64,000 bases of DNA from the NCBI GenBank assembly GCA_019057795.1, contig JAHLWS010000005.1:1-64000 (forward strand), given 5' to 3'. Of this stretch, positions 1 to 10,401 are shown one piece after another (position 1 is the stretch's first letter; each line of letters starts with the position of its first letter). The translations under genes and the position numbers were made by a program. The stretch is from Promethearchaeota archaeon (GTDB taxonomy: Archaea > Asgardarchaeota > Lokiarchaeia > Sigyniarchaeales > SOKP01). Below the pieces are notes generated by a model that had not been told where the DNA came from, made no database searches, and was given only the letters and a program-made list of their open reading frames with translations.

Positions 1-201
1 AATATTCCTTAGTAAAATCTTTCCTGAATTGGGTCTTAATAGTTTTGCAATTAGCTTAAGTGTCGTGGTTTTCCCAGCTCCATTTGGACCTATTAATCCA
101 ATAATTTCACCATCTTGAACTTCCAAATTAATATTATCAAGAGCTAAGAAAGAGCCATATTTCTTACTAATGTTTTCCAATTTGATAACGGTTTTTGTCA
201 T
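1..201 (-). CDS. ABC transporter ATP-binding protein (5' part; runs off the window)
   Basis: Manual translation from ATG 201: MTKTVIKLENISKKYGSFLALDNINLEVQDGEIIGLIGPNGAGKTTTLK (Walker A). Confidence 0.9.
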   Translation of the reverse strand, partial: MTKTVIKLENISKKYGSFLALDNINLEVQDGEIIGLIGPNGAGKTTTLKLIAKLLRPNSGKILLRNI

Positions 202-911
202 GAGCTTTTTCTAAAGAGATACAACAGCATAAAGGTATAACTAATATTAAATAGAGAAGGAAAAATAATTATTTCCATTTTTTTTTTAAGCTTATTTTTC
301 ACACTCACTAATTAGTAAGATTCAAAGTAAGTTAATAAACGTTGTGTACTTCCTAAGGTTTTTGTTTATTTTTAAACGCTCATCTCGTATATTAATTAAT
401 TGAACTATCTCACGGAAATCAAGTGTCATAATCAAATTGGGAGTTTTCAAGATGGTGAAGAATATAGTTTCTGGAACGTCTTAATTGAATTTAGAGGAGA
501 TTTTTGGTTTCTCAGATTTTTTTAAAGAATTTACCAGATCTAAAGTTTTTTTAGATTCAATTCTCGGCAAGAGGTATATTTCTGAAATGATTAAAAATCT
601 TGAATTTTTTATTTGATAAAATTGGAATAGATCTTACTGAATTTTTACAATCCGATGTGCAACATAGAAGTGTTTACAGGATAGAAACAATCATATTAGT
701 ATGAACTTTTTTTCTTAGAGGATTGCGATTTATAGGATTTTAAAAATTTAAATTCCCTTTTTATTTTATTGAAATCCATTCTAGAATACAACCAAGCATA
801 TTGTAGACTTTTATAAATAATTTAGATCAAAAAACTAAATATTCACAAAAATTATATATACTTTTATTGAGTATTTACTATTTAGTCAAATATTGAAAAA
901 TAAGTGATTTA

Positions 912-1313
912 ATGGATATAAAAAAGATTATCTATTACTGTATGGTAAGTATTTCTGGTATTTTCGGGATTGTGTATTCATTCTTCCATGTTAACCTATT
1001 AATTACATCTTTCTTGGCTAAATTAATGCTTATAGGTTCTTTCATTTTTTTAATTACGGGATTAATTTATATAGTTTATACTTTAAAAGAAAAGGAAAAA
1101 AAATATGGTGCTATGGGACATTTGAGTTTTCTTTGGTTTTTATTTTTACTTGTTGCGATTTCTTATACAAATGGATTAAGCAACCCAGATATACAAGGTA
1201 TGAACTTGCCATTTTTCGTCCTTGGAATTAGTATTACCCTTGGATTTAGTATTGGGATTTTGTATGTGTATTTTTCTGTAAAAAAGATTAAAACTAAAGA
1301 AATAGATAAATAA
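912..1313 (+). CDS. 4-TM membrane protein, hypothetical
   Basis: 133 aa ORF with four hydrophobic segments. Confidence 0.7.
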   Translation: MDIKKIIYYCMVSISGIFGIVYSFFHVNLLITSFLAKLMLIGSFIFLITGLIYIVYTLKEKEKKYGAMGHLSFLWFLFLLVAISYTNGLSNPDIQGMNLPFFVLGISITLGFSIGILYVYFSVKKIKTKEIDK

Positions 1314-1322
1314 ATAAAAAAG

Positions 1323-1970
1323 TTATTGAGCAATAGACCAGACAATAAAAAGAACAAGAAGACAAAATGAAAGTATAAATAAAAAAATAATAACAGCTTT
1401 ACGGTAATTTTCCTCAGTCTTTTTTGCACTTGGGTGCTTAGATGGTATTATTCGGCTATTTAAATCAATTTTATTTAACGATGTGAAGGATTCTAAAAAA
1501 TTATTCAATTGTTGCGCATAATCAACCGTAAATGGAGAGTCTCTTAGGTATGAAAGATATTTTGGTTTTTGAGAAATAAATTCAAGGGCTAAAAAATTAT
1601 ATTCTCCTGCAAAAAAATCAATTCCTTGCGTCCGAGGAATATTACGGGTGAAAACATTAAACCTTTTGATATCTTGCAATTTAAATGATCTCCGGTAGAT
1701 ACATAATTTAGACCAAAATCTCTCATAAATTAAAATATTGTCAGCATTATCAATCTTAAAAATCAATTCAATATTTTTACATAATAAACCAATAATAAAA
1801 GTTATGGTCACCAGTGATCCCAAAAATATATAATACCAAAACTCATGTCTTAAAAAAAAAGGAGGAAATACCAACATAATCATTGGTAGTAAAGACAATA
1901 GTAATATTACATACCAATATGTTTTAAGATGTATTTTTATTATTGGAAGATCCTCTTCTGATGAATCCAT
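1323..1970 (-). CDS. Membrane protein, hypothetical
   Basis: 215 aa; two N-terminal and one C-terminal hydrophobic helices. Confidence 0.7.
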   Translation of the reverse strand: MDSSEEDLPIIKIHLKTYWYVILLLSLLPMIMLVFPPFFLRHEFWYYIFLGSLVTITFIIGLLCKNIELIFKIDNADNILIYERFWSKLCIYRRSFKLQDIKRFNVFTRNIPRTQGIDFFAGEYNFLALEFISQKPKYLSYLRDSPFTVDYAQQLNNFLESFTSLNKIDLNSRIIPSKHPSAKKTEENYRKAVIIFLFILSFCLLVLFIVWSIAQ

Positions 1971-2097
1971 ATTAAAGTCATTTTTGTCAATATTATTATC
2001 TTTCCTTAGATAAGTTTGCTTTACATTTCTGACATTTAATTTTTTCTATTATTTTATTTAAAAGTTATATGGACCCTCTTTATGTTGAGTTTAATTC

Positions 2098-2270
2098 TTC
2101 ACGATGAGTGGTATTGTGTTGAATGTCAAGATAACGATCGCATCTGGTATCCCGCACATGGTAGTGAAGAAAATAGAAGACAGCACGACTATATTAATTA
2201 TTACTATGAACACAAAGAAAAATTTGAAAAGAAATATCTAAACAAAATTAAAGGAAAGTCGGATAAATAG
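2098..2270 (+). pseudogene. 3' fragment paralogous to the Zn-finger gene at 38822-39352
   Basis: HDEWYCVECQDNDRIWYPAHGSEENR...KEKFEKKYLNK versus HDEWYCTECHENDRIWYPAHGSAENR...KEKFEKKYLNK; DNA similarity continues past the stop (aatag-t/c-tctgcca). Confidence 0.85.
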
Positions 2271-2300
2271 TTCTGCCAGATTGGCAAAAATATTTCTAGT

Positions 2301-2420
2301 TGGTATCCAAAGGATGTCGCATTGATCATTGGGGGTATAATCATTGGAGGTTTAATCGGGCTTTTAAGTTTATCAATCTACCGGAAAAGAAAACGACTGA
2401 AGTTTTTCAAAGAACAATGA
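2301..2420 (+). pseudogene. Orphan C-terminal TM anchor plus basic tail (surface-protein sorting-signal remnant)
   Basis: Translates WYPKDVALIIGGIIIGGLIGLLSLSIYRKRKRLKFFKEQ* with no start codon. Confidence 0.45.
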
Positions 2421-2452
2421 CTATTTTTAAAATATATTAAACTCTTCTCTAT

Positions 2453-2950
2453 TTAGATATTTAACTTGTCACATATATTTAAGGCAATAATTTCCCTTGT
2501 AACTTGGGCTTCACATTTTTTCCATGATTCCAGTTTCTTAATTTCTTCCCAATCTTTTTCGGTATAATTTGTCCATTTAATCTCGTGTTCTTCCTCTAAA
2601 TCATCAAAAATGTTATCAGAAATTACATATTCTTCAACCTTATAAGGATATTTCATAAATTTTTTTCCATTTTTCCACATTACACTTATCAAATCTTCTA
2701 GTTTAGAATAGAGAAACGAATTCTCTAACTCTTTTCTTAATTCTTCGTATTTCTGTTCTTGAAATGGTTCAGTAATGAAAAAACATCTATGTCGACAACT
2801 AAAGTTTACAATTTCCTCTTTAGTAATCGTTACTCCAAAGTTAGTCAAGTTTTGAATATTAGGGTCCTCATCTTCCCCCATTTCTCTGGCAATTTTGTAT
2901 AGTGCAATTTTGATTTCTTTAATTTTATCTTTATTCAGCTTAGTAATCAT
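2453..2950 (-). CDS. Hypothetical protein
   Basis: 165 aa ORF, no recognised motif. Confidence 0.65.
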   Translation of the reverse strand: MITKLNKDKIKEIKIALYKIAREMGEDEDPNIQNLTNFGVTITKEEIVNFSCRHRCFFITEPFQEQKYEELRKELENSFLYSKLEDLISVMWKNGKKFMKYPYKVEEYVISDNIFDDLEEEHEIKWTNYTEKDWEEIKKLESWKKCEAQVTREIIALNICDKLNI

Positions 2951-3092
2951 TTATCCCTCTTGATTTATATCCATATAGAACCGCCTTAGTTGAAAAACAT
3001 TTATAACAACTTTTGAGGATAAAAAATAACTTATTGATTTTATGTCAATAGACTTAAGCGATTTTTAGGTTTTTTGAATAATTTTTAAACAA

Positions 3093-6092
3093 ATGAGAAA
3101 TAATAATTATATTATGGTCTTGCTAAAAGACATCGAAATCGATATAAATCAGATTAAGCGTTCTACAAGTGAGCATCAAATAGAGCATTGGTTTAATAGC
3201 TTATTTGATAATTTGGAATTGAATTATCAACCACAACTAAGAATTTTAAACGGAAAACCAGATTGTTTAATTGGAGATATCATTATCGATTTTAAATATA
3301 ATTTAAAAAAAAAGGAAATTAATGCTTGGGCAGCCAAAAAAGGTAAACAATATGTTCAGGAATATTACCAAAAAAGGGGTAAAAATCCATCCTTATTAAT
3401 AGTTATATCGGAAAAATATATCCTTTATTACGATAAGGATATTTCTTTAAGAAATGAGAGAGAGTTGAGCAAGGAATCGATTGTATCATTAATAGAGTGC
3501 CTTTTTGAGCCAAAATCGGTAAATTCAGAACAATTTGCTGTACTCTTTGGCGTTAATTCTCCATTATACATCTTAGCGTATTCAAGATTAGAAACTCATT
3601 TTGACGATCATCATGGAGAAAAGACAGTATGCTTTGATCAATGGAAACGTCACTTTAGATTAGCGTACCATGATGATGAAGTGGGAAAAGAGCTTTTTCT
3701 TAGGCATTCTTACCTTAGTACCCTTTTAAAATTGATTTTATATAAAGAATTCATGAATCCAGAAGAATATTCACGAGATTATTTTAAAGACTTAGAGAGT
3801 TATTTTGAAAAGAGAGGTATTTCGTTATTCCATTACGACTTCTTTCGTTGGGTTATTAATGTTCAAAACTTCTGTGATGATTATTTCGAAAAATTAAAAA
3901 TAATGGATTTCGAAGCAACCGATATCTTTCGAACAATCTATCAAGAAATGATAATAGCTGGAGTACGCCACCGTTTAGGCGAATATTATACGCCAGAAAT
4001 ATTATGTAAAAAAATGGTCGAAAAATCCTATTCAATAGGTGATCGGGTTTTAGATTCTTCCTGTGGTTCTGGTACATTCCTAATTGAAATTTGCAAAAAA
4101 ATTGATTCACATTTTGCCCTTAAAACAAATGAAAAACCACCAAAAGAATGGTTTAGTGTTGTTAATAATATTTTTGGTTTTGATATTAATCCAATTGCTG
4201 TTTTGACATCAAAAGCGAACCTATTATTATATTTTAAATCGCAAGAAAGATACATCGAAGATATTTCAATTAATATTTATCTATGTAACTCAATTGATCC
4301 AATTGAATTTTCTTCTTACGCTGATCTTGAGTTAGGAAGTTATTATTCGTTCTGTGTTGATCTATTAGAAGAAGAAAGAGAATTAAGGATTCCAGGAGAG
4401 GCATTGTCAGAGAAAAATATTCAATTCTTCCAAAACATTGTTAATGCTCTTTATAGAGTATGGGAATCGTTTGATAATTACAAGGATACTTGGGAAGCGG
4501 CAACTCACTCTTTAGAACCTAAACTAAAAAACACTTTTTTTGACTCAAATGAAAAAGTAGTAAAAGCAATTGAGAAGTTCTTTAATGAACTATACATATT
4601 AAAGCTACAGGATAAAGATCATATCTGGTTATATCTTCTCAACAACCTTGTAGGTATACATTTATTATTGTTAAAAAAGAAAATGGATCTGATAATAACC
4701 AACCCACCCTGGTTAACTTATAAGGATGCTGATAAAAGATTAAAAGAAAACATGAAAAAGATCACATCCCAATTTGGGATTAAACCTGCTGCTAAAAATG
4801 TAACAAACATAGAGGAAGCAGTAGTTTTTCTTTTTAAAATACCAGATTTATATTTAAAGAAAGACGGTTCAGGTAAAATTGCTTTTGTTATGCCGCGTTC
4901 ATTGTTAGTATCCTCTCAAAATGAAAAAGCAAGGCGGTTTGACCCATTCAATAATATTAGTTTTTTCGTATTTAACGATTTAATATTCAATATTGATTGC
5001 TGTTGTATTTTTGCTAATTACAACAAAATTAAAATCGATAAAAACACAGTATTTCAGAAATACCCTATTAAATGCGAATGCTTTGATTCAGAAGGTCTTG
5101 AACTTATCGAAGATTATGAATTAGAACCATATGTCTATTTTGAAAGTAATAGAAAAGAGAAATATTTAATAAAAAAACTAATTCAATCAGAGAAGAAAAA
5201 GAAGCTTCTACCAATTAAATTATCAGATTACTATAAGAAATTTATCCAAGGGGCGGATTTAGTACCGAAATCCTTACTTTATTGCAATGTAGTAAATGTA
5301 ATTGAGCATGGCAAAATATCCCTTATAGATCCATGGATTTCTCCGCAAGCGAAGGGAGTATGGAAAAAGAGATATTATAATAATGTAAGAGTCGAAACAG
5401 AAAATGTTTTTCAAGCAACGCTCTCTCGTGGTTTATATCCATTTTATATGAGACCATATTCAATATTTTTACCTTTGGATGCTAATTATCGATTTAGGCT
5501 CTCTAAAATAGGACCATTTAGTAGAAAACATTGGAATACTATCAATAAGATCTATAAAAAACATACGAAATATGATTTATTTGAAGTTGGGATAAATTAT
5601 AGGAATAAACTATGTACAGATAGAACAGTCAGACCTTCTCAACGCGAACAATATAAAGTAGTGTTTCCAAATGCTAAAAAATTGTGTTCTGCTGTTATTG
5701 AGGACCCTGAAGGAAGAATCTATATAGATTCTACTCTCTATTATTATGGAGCCGAAAGTAAAGAAGAAGCTTATTATATCTGTGGAATGCTGAATATTCC
5801 TGAACTTTATAAAAGTGTTAAAGTGATCAGTGATACTAGACACCACCATAAAAGACCACTCTATTTTAACATTCCAAAATTCACTAGTAGCAATGATCAG
5901 CTAAAAATTGCCGGTATTTCAAAATCTTGTCATGATCAAGTAAAACTTTTATTTGAAAATAATGAGAAAGTTAAAGAGAACGAGACATATGACCTAATAA
6001 AGGATAAACTCAGAATTATCCAAGAAATAGGGCTTAAGATTTTAAAATCTCCAGAATCTCAAGAAATAGTAAAAGAATATATGCTTAAATAG
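3093..6092 (+). CDS. Type IIG-like restriction-modification fusion (PD-(D/E)xK + N6-adenine MTase + TRD)
   Basis: N-terminal KPDCLIGDIIIDFKY; GEYYTP; motif I DSSCGSGTF; motif IV NPPW; 999 aa. Confidence 0.85.
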   Translation: MRNNNYIMVLLKDIEIDINQIKRSTSEHQIEHWFNSLFDNLELNYQPQLRILNGKPDCLIGDIIIDFKYNLKKKEINAWAAKKGKQYVQEYYQKRGKNPSLLIVISEKYILYYDKDISLRNERELSKESIVSLIECLFEPKSVNSEQFAVLFGVNSPLYILAYSRLETHFDDHHGEKTVCFDQWKRHFRLAYHDDEVGKELFLRHSYLSTLLKLILYKEFMNPEEYSRDYFKDLESYFEKRGISLFHYDFFRWVINVQNFCDDYFEKLKIMDFEATDIFRTIYQEMIIAGVRHRLGEYYTPEILCKKMVEKSYSIGDRVLDSSCGSGTFLIEICKKIDSHFALKTNEKPPKEWFSVVNNIFGFDINPIAVLTSKANLLLYFKSQERYIEDISINIYLCNSIDPIEFSSYADLELGSYYSFCVDLLEEERELRIPGEALSEKNIQFFQNIVNALYRVWESFDNYKDTWEAATHSLEPKLKNTFFDSNEKVVKAIEKFFNELYILKLQDKDHIWLYLLNNLVGIHLLLLKKKMDLIITNPPWLTYKDADKRLKENMKKITSQFGIKPAAKNVTNIEEAVVFLFKIPDLYLKKDGSGKIAFVMPRSLLVSSQNEKARRFDPFNNISFFVFNDLIFNIDCCCIFANYNKIKIDKNTVFQKYPIKCECFDSEGLELIEDYELEPYVYFESNRKEKYLIKKLIQSEKKKKLLPIKLSDYYKKFIQGADLVPKSLLYCNVVNVIEHGKISLIDPWISPQAKGVWKKRYYNNVRVETENVFQATLSRGLYPFYMRPYSIFLPLDANYRFRLSKIGPFSRKHWNTINKIYKKHTKYDLFEVGINYRNKLCTDRTVRPSQREQYKVVFPNAKKLCSAVIEDPEGRIYIDSTLYYYGAESKEEAYYICGMLNIPELYKSVKVISDTRHHHKRPLYFNIPKFTSSNDQLKIAGISKSCHDQVKLLFENNEKVKENETYDLIKDKLRIIQEIGLKILKSPESQEIVKEYMLK

Positions 6093-6404
6093 ATTTTAGG
6101 GAGATTGAGAAGATTATCTATAGATCAAGAGATTTCTTATATCGACAATAAGCTACATAGTCCTGAACATCATCTGAATCCATGATTTCTTCCAAAACTC
6201 TTTCTGGGGTTGGATTTTTTTAAGAGAATTCCATACCTTATTATTAAAAATCTTACTACTTAAAATCCTCAGTAATTTCAATACATTTAAAATAATAAAA
6301 ATCTTATTTTTATTTAATTCAATAGTTTAACAAAAATGTAAATTAAACAAAAATTATCGTCTAATTTATTAATTTCTATTAAATATAAAAAGGTGTAAAA
6401 AAAT

Positions 6405-6806
6405 ATGTTAAAACATCGTGAAGTAGTAAGGTGGTTCTTAATTATCGACTTTCTGATAGGTTTACTTTTTGCAGGAATCTTTGTAATCATTCCAGATCTC
6501 TTCTTAAACTTTATAAACTGGCCTATTTCTGCTGCTGATCACCAAGCCTTATTTGGCTACAGAATACTCGGTGCAGCTATGTTTGGCCTTTCTGTTGCTT
6601 CCTTTCTGGCATCTTTTGAAGATAAATGGGAAGAAATTAATGTAACAATGGAAATGCAATGTATTTGGCTTTTAGGAGCAATTGTAATGATGCTATGGGG
6701 TCATTTTAATTTAAGTCTCCCGTTAGAAGCTTGGTTCATTGATGTTATACTCATCGTGTTATTTTTTGGATTCTTAATTCTCTCCTTGATTGAAAGAAAT
6801 GTTTAA
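6405..6806 (+). CDS. 4-TM membrane protein
   Basis: 133 aa, four hydrophobic helices. Confidence 0.75.
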   Translation: MLKHREVVRWFLIIDFLIGLLFAGIFVIIPDLFLNFINWPISAADHQALFGYRILGAAMFGLSVASFLASFEDKWEEINVTMEMQCIWLLGAIVMMLWGHFNLSLPLEAWFIDVILIVLFFGFLILSLIERNV

Positions 6807-6960
6807 TGCAAATAGAAAACCTATAGAAATAACTTCGAAATCAATTTATTCCAAAAATTTATTTTTCTTTTTTTTGATGATTATTACTTTGATATTACAA
6901 TTAAATATTACGTTATTGGATTTGAAGTGGCCTTCCTAACAGCTCTAATGAAGTATTTGA

Positions 6961-7077
6961 TGAAAAAGGCGTAGTTTAAAAACATTTAAACTGAATTATA
7001 GTGTGCTAACGAAAGATGAAGTAAAGAAACTTTTCCTAATCTTATCTCAAGGATTTTGCTATACTTAAGGCAACAGC
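6961..7077 (+). pseudogene. 5' remnant (with upstream region) of a paralog of the wHTH gene at 35804-36154
   Basis: GTG 7003: MLTKDEVKKL(frameshift)PNLISRILLYLRQQ versus MLSSEEMKRFYPQLSSRILLFLRQQ; upstream AT-rich promoter-like sequence is also similar. Confidence 0.75.
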
Positions 7078-7200
7078 TTGACCAGGTGACTAAATTTATT
7101 TAAAATTAAAAAATTTACAATGAAACAAATAATAGGTAAAATACTTTAGAAAAATATTATTTGTAGATTCTTTATAACTTTCGATTGATATATAAAAAAT

Positions 7201-7671
7201 ATGAAAGAATGTTTTGGTTTATACATAGGTAACGATACGGATTGCTTTTGGGACGATCGATCTGGATGGTCTGTCGTACATGCTTGCAAACACCCATGTC
7301 ACTGTTATGCTGTAGGGTATAGGGGGAACCTACCTTCCACTCACCCGTCTTACTTAATATTTCGTCGCGAATCCCATTTAGTTTTAAATTTAGTAGATAT
7401 GGATCACCTAGATGACCGCTTTATGCGCCCTATCATAATGGCATTCTATAGTTTCATGGATGAGAAGGAAGGGCAAAAAATCCTAATACATTGTAATAAA
7501 GGTGAATCGCGTGCACCGAGCCTAGCTATCCTCTATTTAGCAAAACGCAGAAAAAAGATCCCAGATGATTCTTTTGATGCTGCAAAACAATCTTTTAAAA
7601 AGATTTATCCTATATATAATCCTGGACGAGGTTTTAATAAATATTTACATCAATATTGGGATTCTTTATAA
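7201..7671 (+). CDS. Dual-specificity/PTP-family phosphatase
   Basis: CX5R active site IHCNKGESRAPS. Confidence 0.85.
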   Translation: MKECFGLYIGNDTDCFWDDRSGWSVVHACKHPCHCYAVGYRGNLPSTHPSYLIFRRESHLVLNLVDMDHLDDRFMRPIIMAFYSFMDEKEGQKILIHCNKGESRAPSLAILYLAKRRKKIPDDSFDAAKQSFKKIYPIYNPGRGFNKYLHQYWDSL

Positions 7672-7693
7672 AGTAAATACAACATAAGCGATA

Positions 7694-7731
7694 CTATCTC
7701 CCTCCCCCGTGTTGCTCCCTCCTAAAAAAGT
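7694..7731. repeat. C-rich 38-bp intergenic repeat, copy 1
   Basis: CTATCTCCCTCCCCCGTGTTGCTCCCTCCTAAAAAAGT. Confidence 0.85.
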
Positions 7732-7870
7732 ATGGGTAGAACAAGGTCAAATTAGAGAATTTTAATATCCCTTATTCCCTGAGAGATACTCTCGATCACC
7801 CAAAGGGCTAATGTTGTGGTTTAAATAGGATTGCAGTACTTTTCAAAAAAATTAATTAAATATTTAGTTT

Positions 7871-8515
7871 TTACTGCTCTTCTTCTATTTTTTTAAGAAC
7901 TGCACAAATGTTAGGAAATATTTCTTCAAGTTTAGTTATTCCGGTGTTCCTTACTAATTCTTCAATAGATATTCCCTTTTCCCTTAAAACTTGTTTTATT
8001 TGTTTTTTAATTGCTTTTCTCCCCGCGGACTCTCTTTTTCTTGACAGGTCAATTTTTACACCCAATTTGAGTTCCACCAATTTAGCAACTTCCTCCTCAA
8101 TAAAAACTTCTGGTCCTCCTATAATACAAAATAAAATGACATTATTTGGTCCTGTTTTACATTTTATTAAGAATGCTCCTTGGAGGGGTAGAACTTGATT
8201 GACACTTATACCTTTAGATTTTAAATGTTCCTGAATCTCGATTGCTGCATTCTCCTTAATGTGTTCCCCATCCACAATGAAAATAATTGAATTTGTCCGA
8301 AATTTTTCAGATAATAAAGGGATAGCATTAAGTGCATCCAGCCCTGTTTGTTTCTTAAGCGGTGTATTAATAGAAAATATTGCTTTATCATATCCATTAA
8401 ATTTCTTACAGAGATTCTTAAATATAACACTCTCAGGAAATGTTCCATTACCAGAAATTATTAAGTAATAGGAATCAATACCCTTAATACTCTCAACCAA
8501 TCTCATCAAAATCAC
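7871..8515 (-). CDS. Putative TOPRIM-like partner of the adjacent ABC ATPase
   Basis: Co-oriented downstream of the ATPase; IIFIVDGE and IEEE acidic motifs are suggestive only. Confidence 0.5.
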   Translation of the reverse strand: MILMRLVESIKGIDSYYLIISGNGTFPESVIFKNLCKKFNGYDKAIFSINTPLKKQTGLDALNAIPLLSEKFRTNSIIFIVDGEHIKENAAIEIQEHLKSKGISVNQVLPLQGAFLIKCKTGPNNVILFCIIGGPEVFIEEEVAKLVELKLGVKIDLSRKRESAGRKAIKKQIKQVLREKGISIEELVRNTGITKLEEIFPNICAVLKKIEEEQ

Positions 8516-8524
8516 AACAAGGGT

Positions 8525-9484
8525 TTATAATCGAAGTGCGTCTAATAACAAGCGTGGGTCTGTGTTCGCATCTAATAAATCTTCTAATTCATCTAAAGTT
8601 AATATTTCATGACTTAAAATATCCTCATTTGACTTAGTCAATTGGATAATTGTAGTATCTGGTGGTTTAATATCTACCAAGTGATATAACACATCGATAC
8701 TATGGGTTGAAATTATTGTTTGCCATTTTTTACTCTTCAACCATTTTAGGAATAGTTTGATCATTGTAGGGTGAAATCCTGCTTCAAAATCATCAATTAT
8801 TATAAGTTTAGGTGATAGTACCTCAAATATCGCCATAATTTTTATTAATTTCTCTGCTCCAGATCCAAGATCTTTCAATTTGAGATATACATTGTTATCA
8901 GGATATACTTTTCTCAAACTAATAGGCTCAAGAAAAACAAGTTCGCTATAGACATCATTAACACATTCATTAAGGAATTTTGCGAGTTCAATATGATATC
9001 CTTTTTTCATTATTAATTCCTTAAGAACCTTCATTCTATTTTCTAAATCTCTCAGTATAAATGTAGTAAATGGAATGAATAATACCATTTCATTTCTTTT
9101 TGTTGGTGGCACTTCAAACTTTTCAGAGATTTTATTACCTATAGACATTTGATTGTTATTCCAATACGTACTGGTAGCATTTTCACTTATTTCAATAACT
9201 GCATTTGAGTTTTCAATCCCAAATTGTAAAGTTGAAGTTCCTGCATAAAGATAGAGAAGATCTTTAATTGAACCTTGGTGTAGTTCTTTTAAAATATCGA
9301 ATTTGTTTCTACCGGTTATGTAATCATAATCTTTTGGATCAGGTAATAAGGATAATGCTTCTAATATTGATGATTTTCCGGCATTATTCTTTCCAATTAA
9401 AACTGTAAAATTACTAAATTTTAAAGTTTTATCACAAGCCTTAATTCCTCTAAATTCTTTAATATTTAAACTGCTAACAAACAT
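8525..9484 (-). CDS. ABC-type ATPase (AAA_15/AAA_21-like, defence-associated)
   Basis: IKEFRGI start, Walker A GKNNAGKS, signature LGSG, Walker B IIIDDFEAGFHP, H-loop STHS. Confidence 0.85.
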   Translation of the reverse strand: MFVSSLNIKEFRGIKACDKTLKFSNFTVLIGKNNAGKSSILEALSLLPDPKDYDYITGRNKFDILKELHQGSIKDLLYLYAGTSTLQFGIENSNAVIEISENATSTYWNNNQMSIGNKISEKFEVPPTKRNEMVLFIPFTTFILRDLENRMKVLKELIMKKGYHIELAKFLNECVNDVYSELVFLEPISLRKVYPDNNVYLKLKDLGSGAEKLIKIMAIFEVLSPKLIIIDDFEAGFHPTMIKLFLKWLKSKKWQTIISTHSIDVLYHLVDIKPPDTTIIQLTKSNEDILSHEILTLDELEDLLDANTDPRLLLDALRL

Positions 9485-9640
9485 GACATCTCAATTTATT
9501 CTCTTTTAAATTTCTTTAATATAATATAGTATTAATAACTGATATATTTAGAGTTCTACAAATTAAACTTTACTTCATTATTATCTTAACCTATAATAAA
9601 TACAATAGAAATATATAATTTTTCTTATTCTCTACTATAA

Positions 9641-9678
9641 TTATCTCCCTCCCCCGTAGTGCCCCCTCCTAAAAAAGT
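9641..9678. repeat. C-rich 38-bp intergenic repeat, copy 2
   Basis: TTATCTCCCTCCCCCGTAGTGCCCCCTCCTAAAAAAGT. Confidence 0.85.
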
Positions 9679-9886
9679 AGAAAAATTGAAGTTTAATAAT
9701 TATTCGACCTTTTAGACTGAAACCTTATCCAAATTTCTCAAATAAAGGGTTATTTTATCATTATAAAGGTTAATTAGAGAGAATATCTTACTTATATATA
9801 ATATTCAACAATTCAATTAAGTGCTTTAATTTAAATATTAGATTAGATTAGCTATTAACTATATGAATTTAAATTAGTGACCAAAT

Positions 9887-10138
9887 ATGGCAAAAAAACA
9901 AAAAAAAAGAGATACTTATAGATATAAGTTAAAGGAAGGTAATGAAATTCTGAATTTTGGCATAACAGATGATCTAAAAAGAAGAGAATCTGAACATAAA
10001 AGTGAAGGAAAACAATTCTCTAAAATGGAAAAAGTTGGACCTGCGGTCACCAGAGAATCTGCCCTTAAATGGGAAAGGGAAAGTATCAAAAAATACAAAA
10101 AAAGTCATGGTGGAAAAAGTCCAAAATACAACAAATAG
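9887..10138 (+). CDS. Small GIY-YIG-family nuclease
   Basis: YRYKL...NFGITDDLKRRESEH...ALKWE...YN pattern; 83 aa. Confidence 0.7.
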   Translation: MAKKQKKRDTYRYKLKEGNEILNFGITDDLKRRESEHKSEGKQFSKMEKVGPAVTRESALKWERESIKKYKKSHGGKSPKYNK

Positions 10139-10167
10139 GAATTACCTCTTACTATTTCTAGTTTTAG

Positions 10168-10205
10168 TTATCTGCTTCCTCAGTGTTTTCCCCTCCTAAA
10201 AAAGT
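10168..10205. repeat. C-rich 38-bp intergenic repeat, copy 3 (diverged)
   Basis: TTATCTGCTTCCTCAGTGTTTTCCCCTCCTAAAAAAGT. Confidence 0.75.
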
Positions 10206-10401
10206 GGGTGTTGAATAAAATCAATTGGTTGTAAAAAGATTTATTATTTAAAACAGCTTGAGTGCAGGAGTGGGTTTTAGAAGAACATAAATATGAATTT
10301 GTCGCAATTTTGATTGAAATCGATTAGGGGAGATTTGAATCTAAAATAAAAAAGAATTACTTTGAGCATAAATTTTTTAGGAAGATTTATTATGTGATTT
10401 A

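Noticed and set aside
400-620. Possible decayed ORF upstream of the ABC transporter
   Set aside because: Protein-like fragments are present, but there is no recognisable family and the frames are broken.
6120-6290. Possible minus-strand gene remnant
   Set aside because: Short, with no valid start and no recognisable motif.
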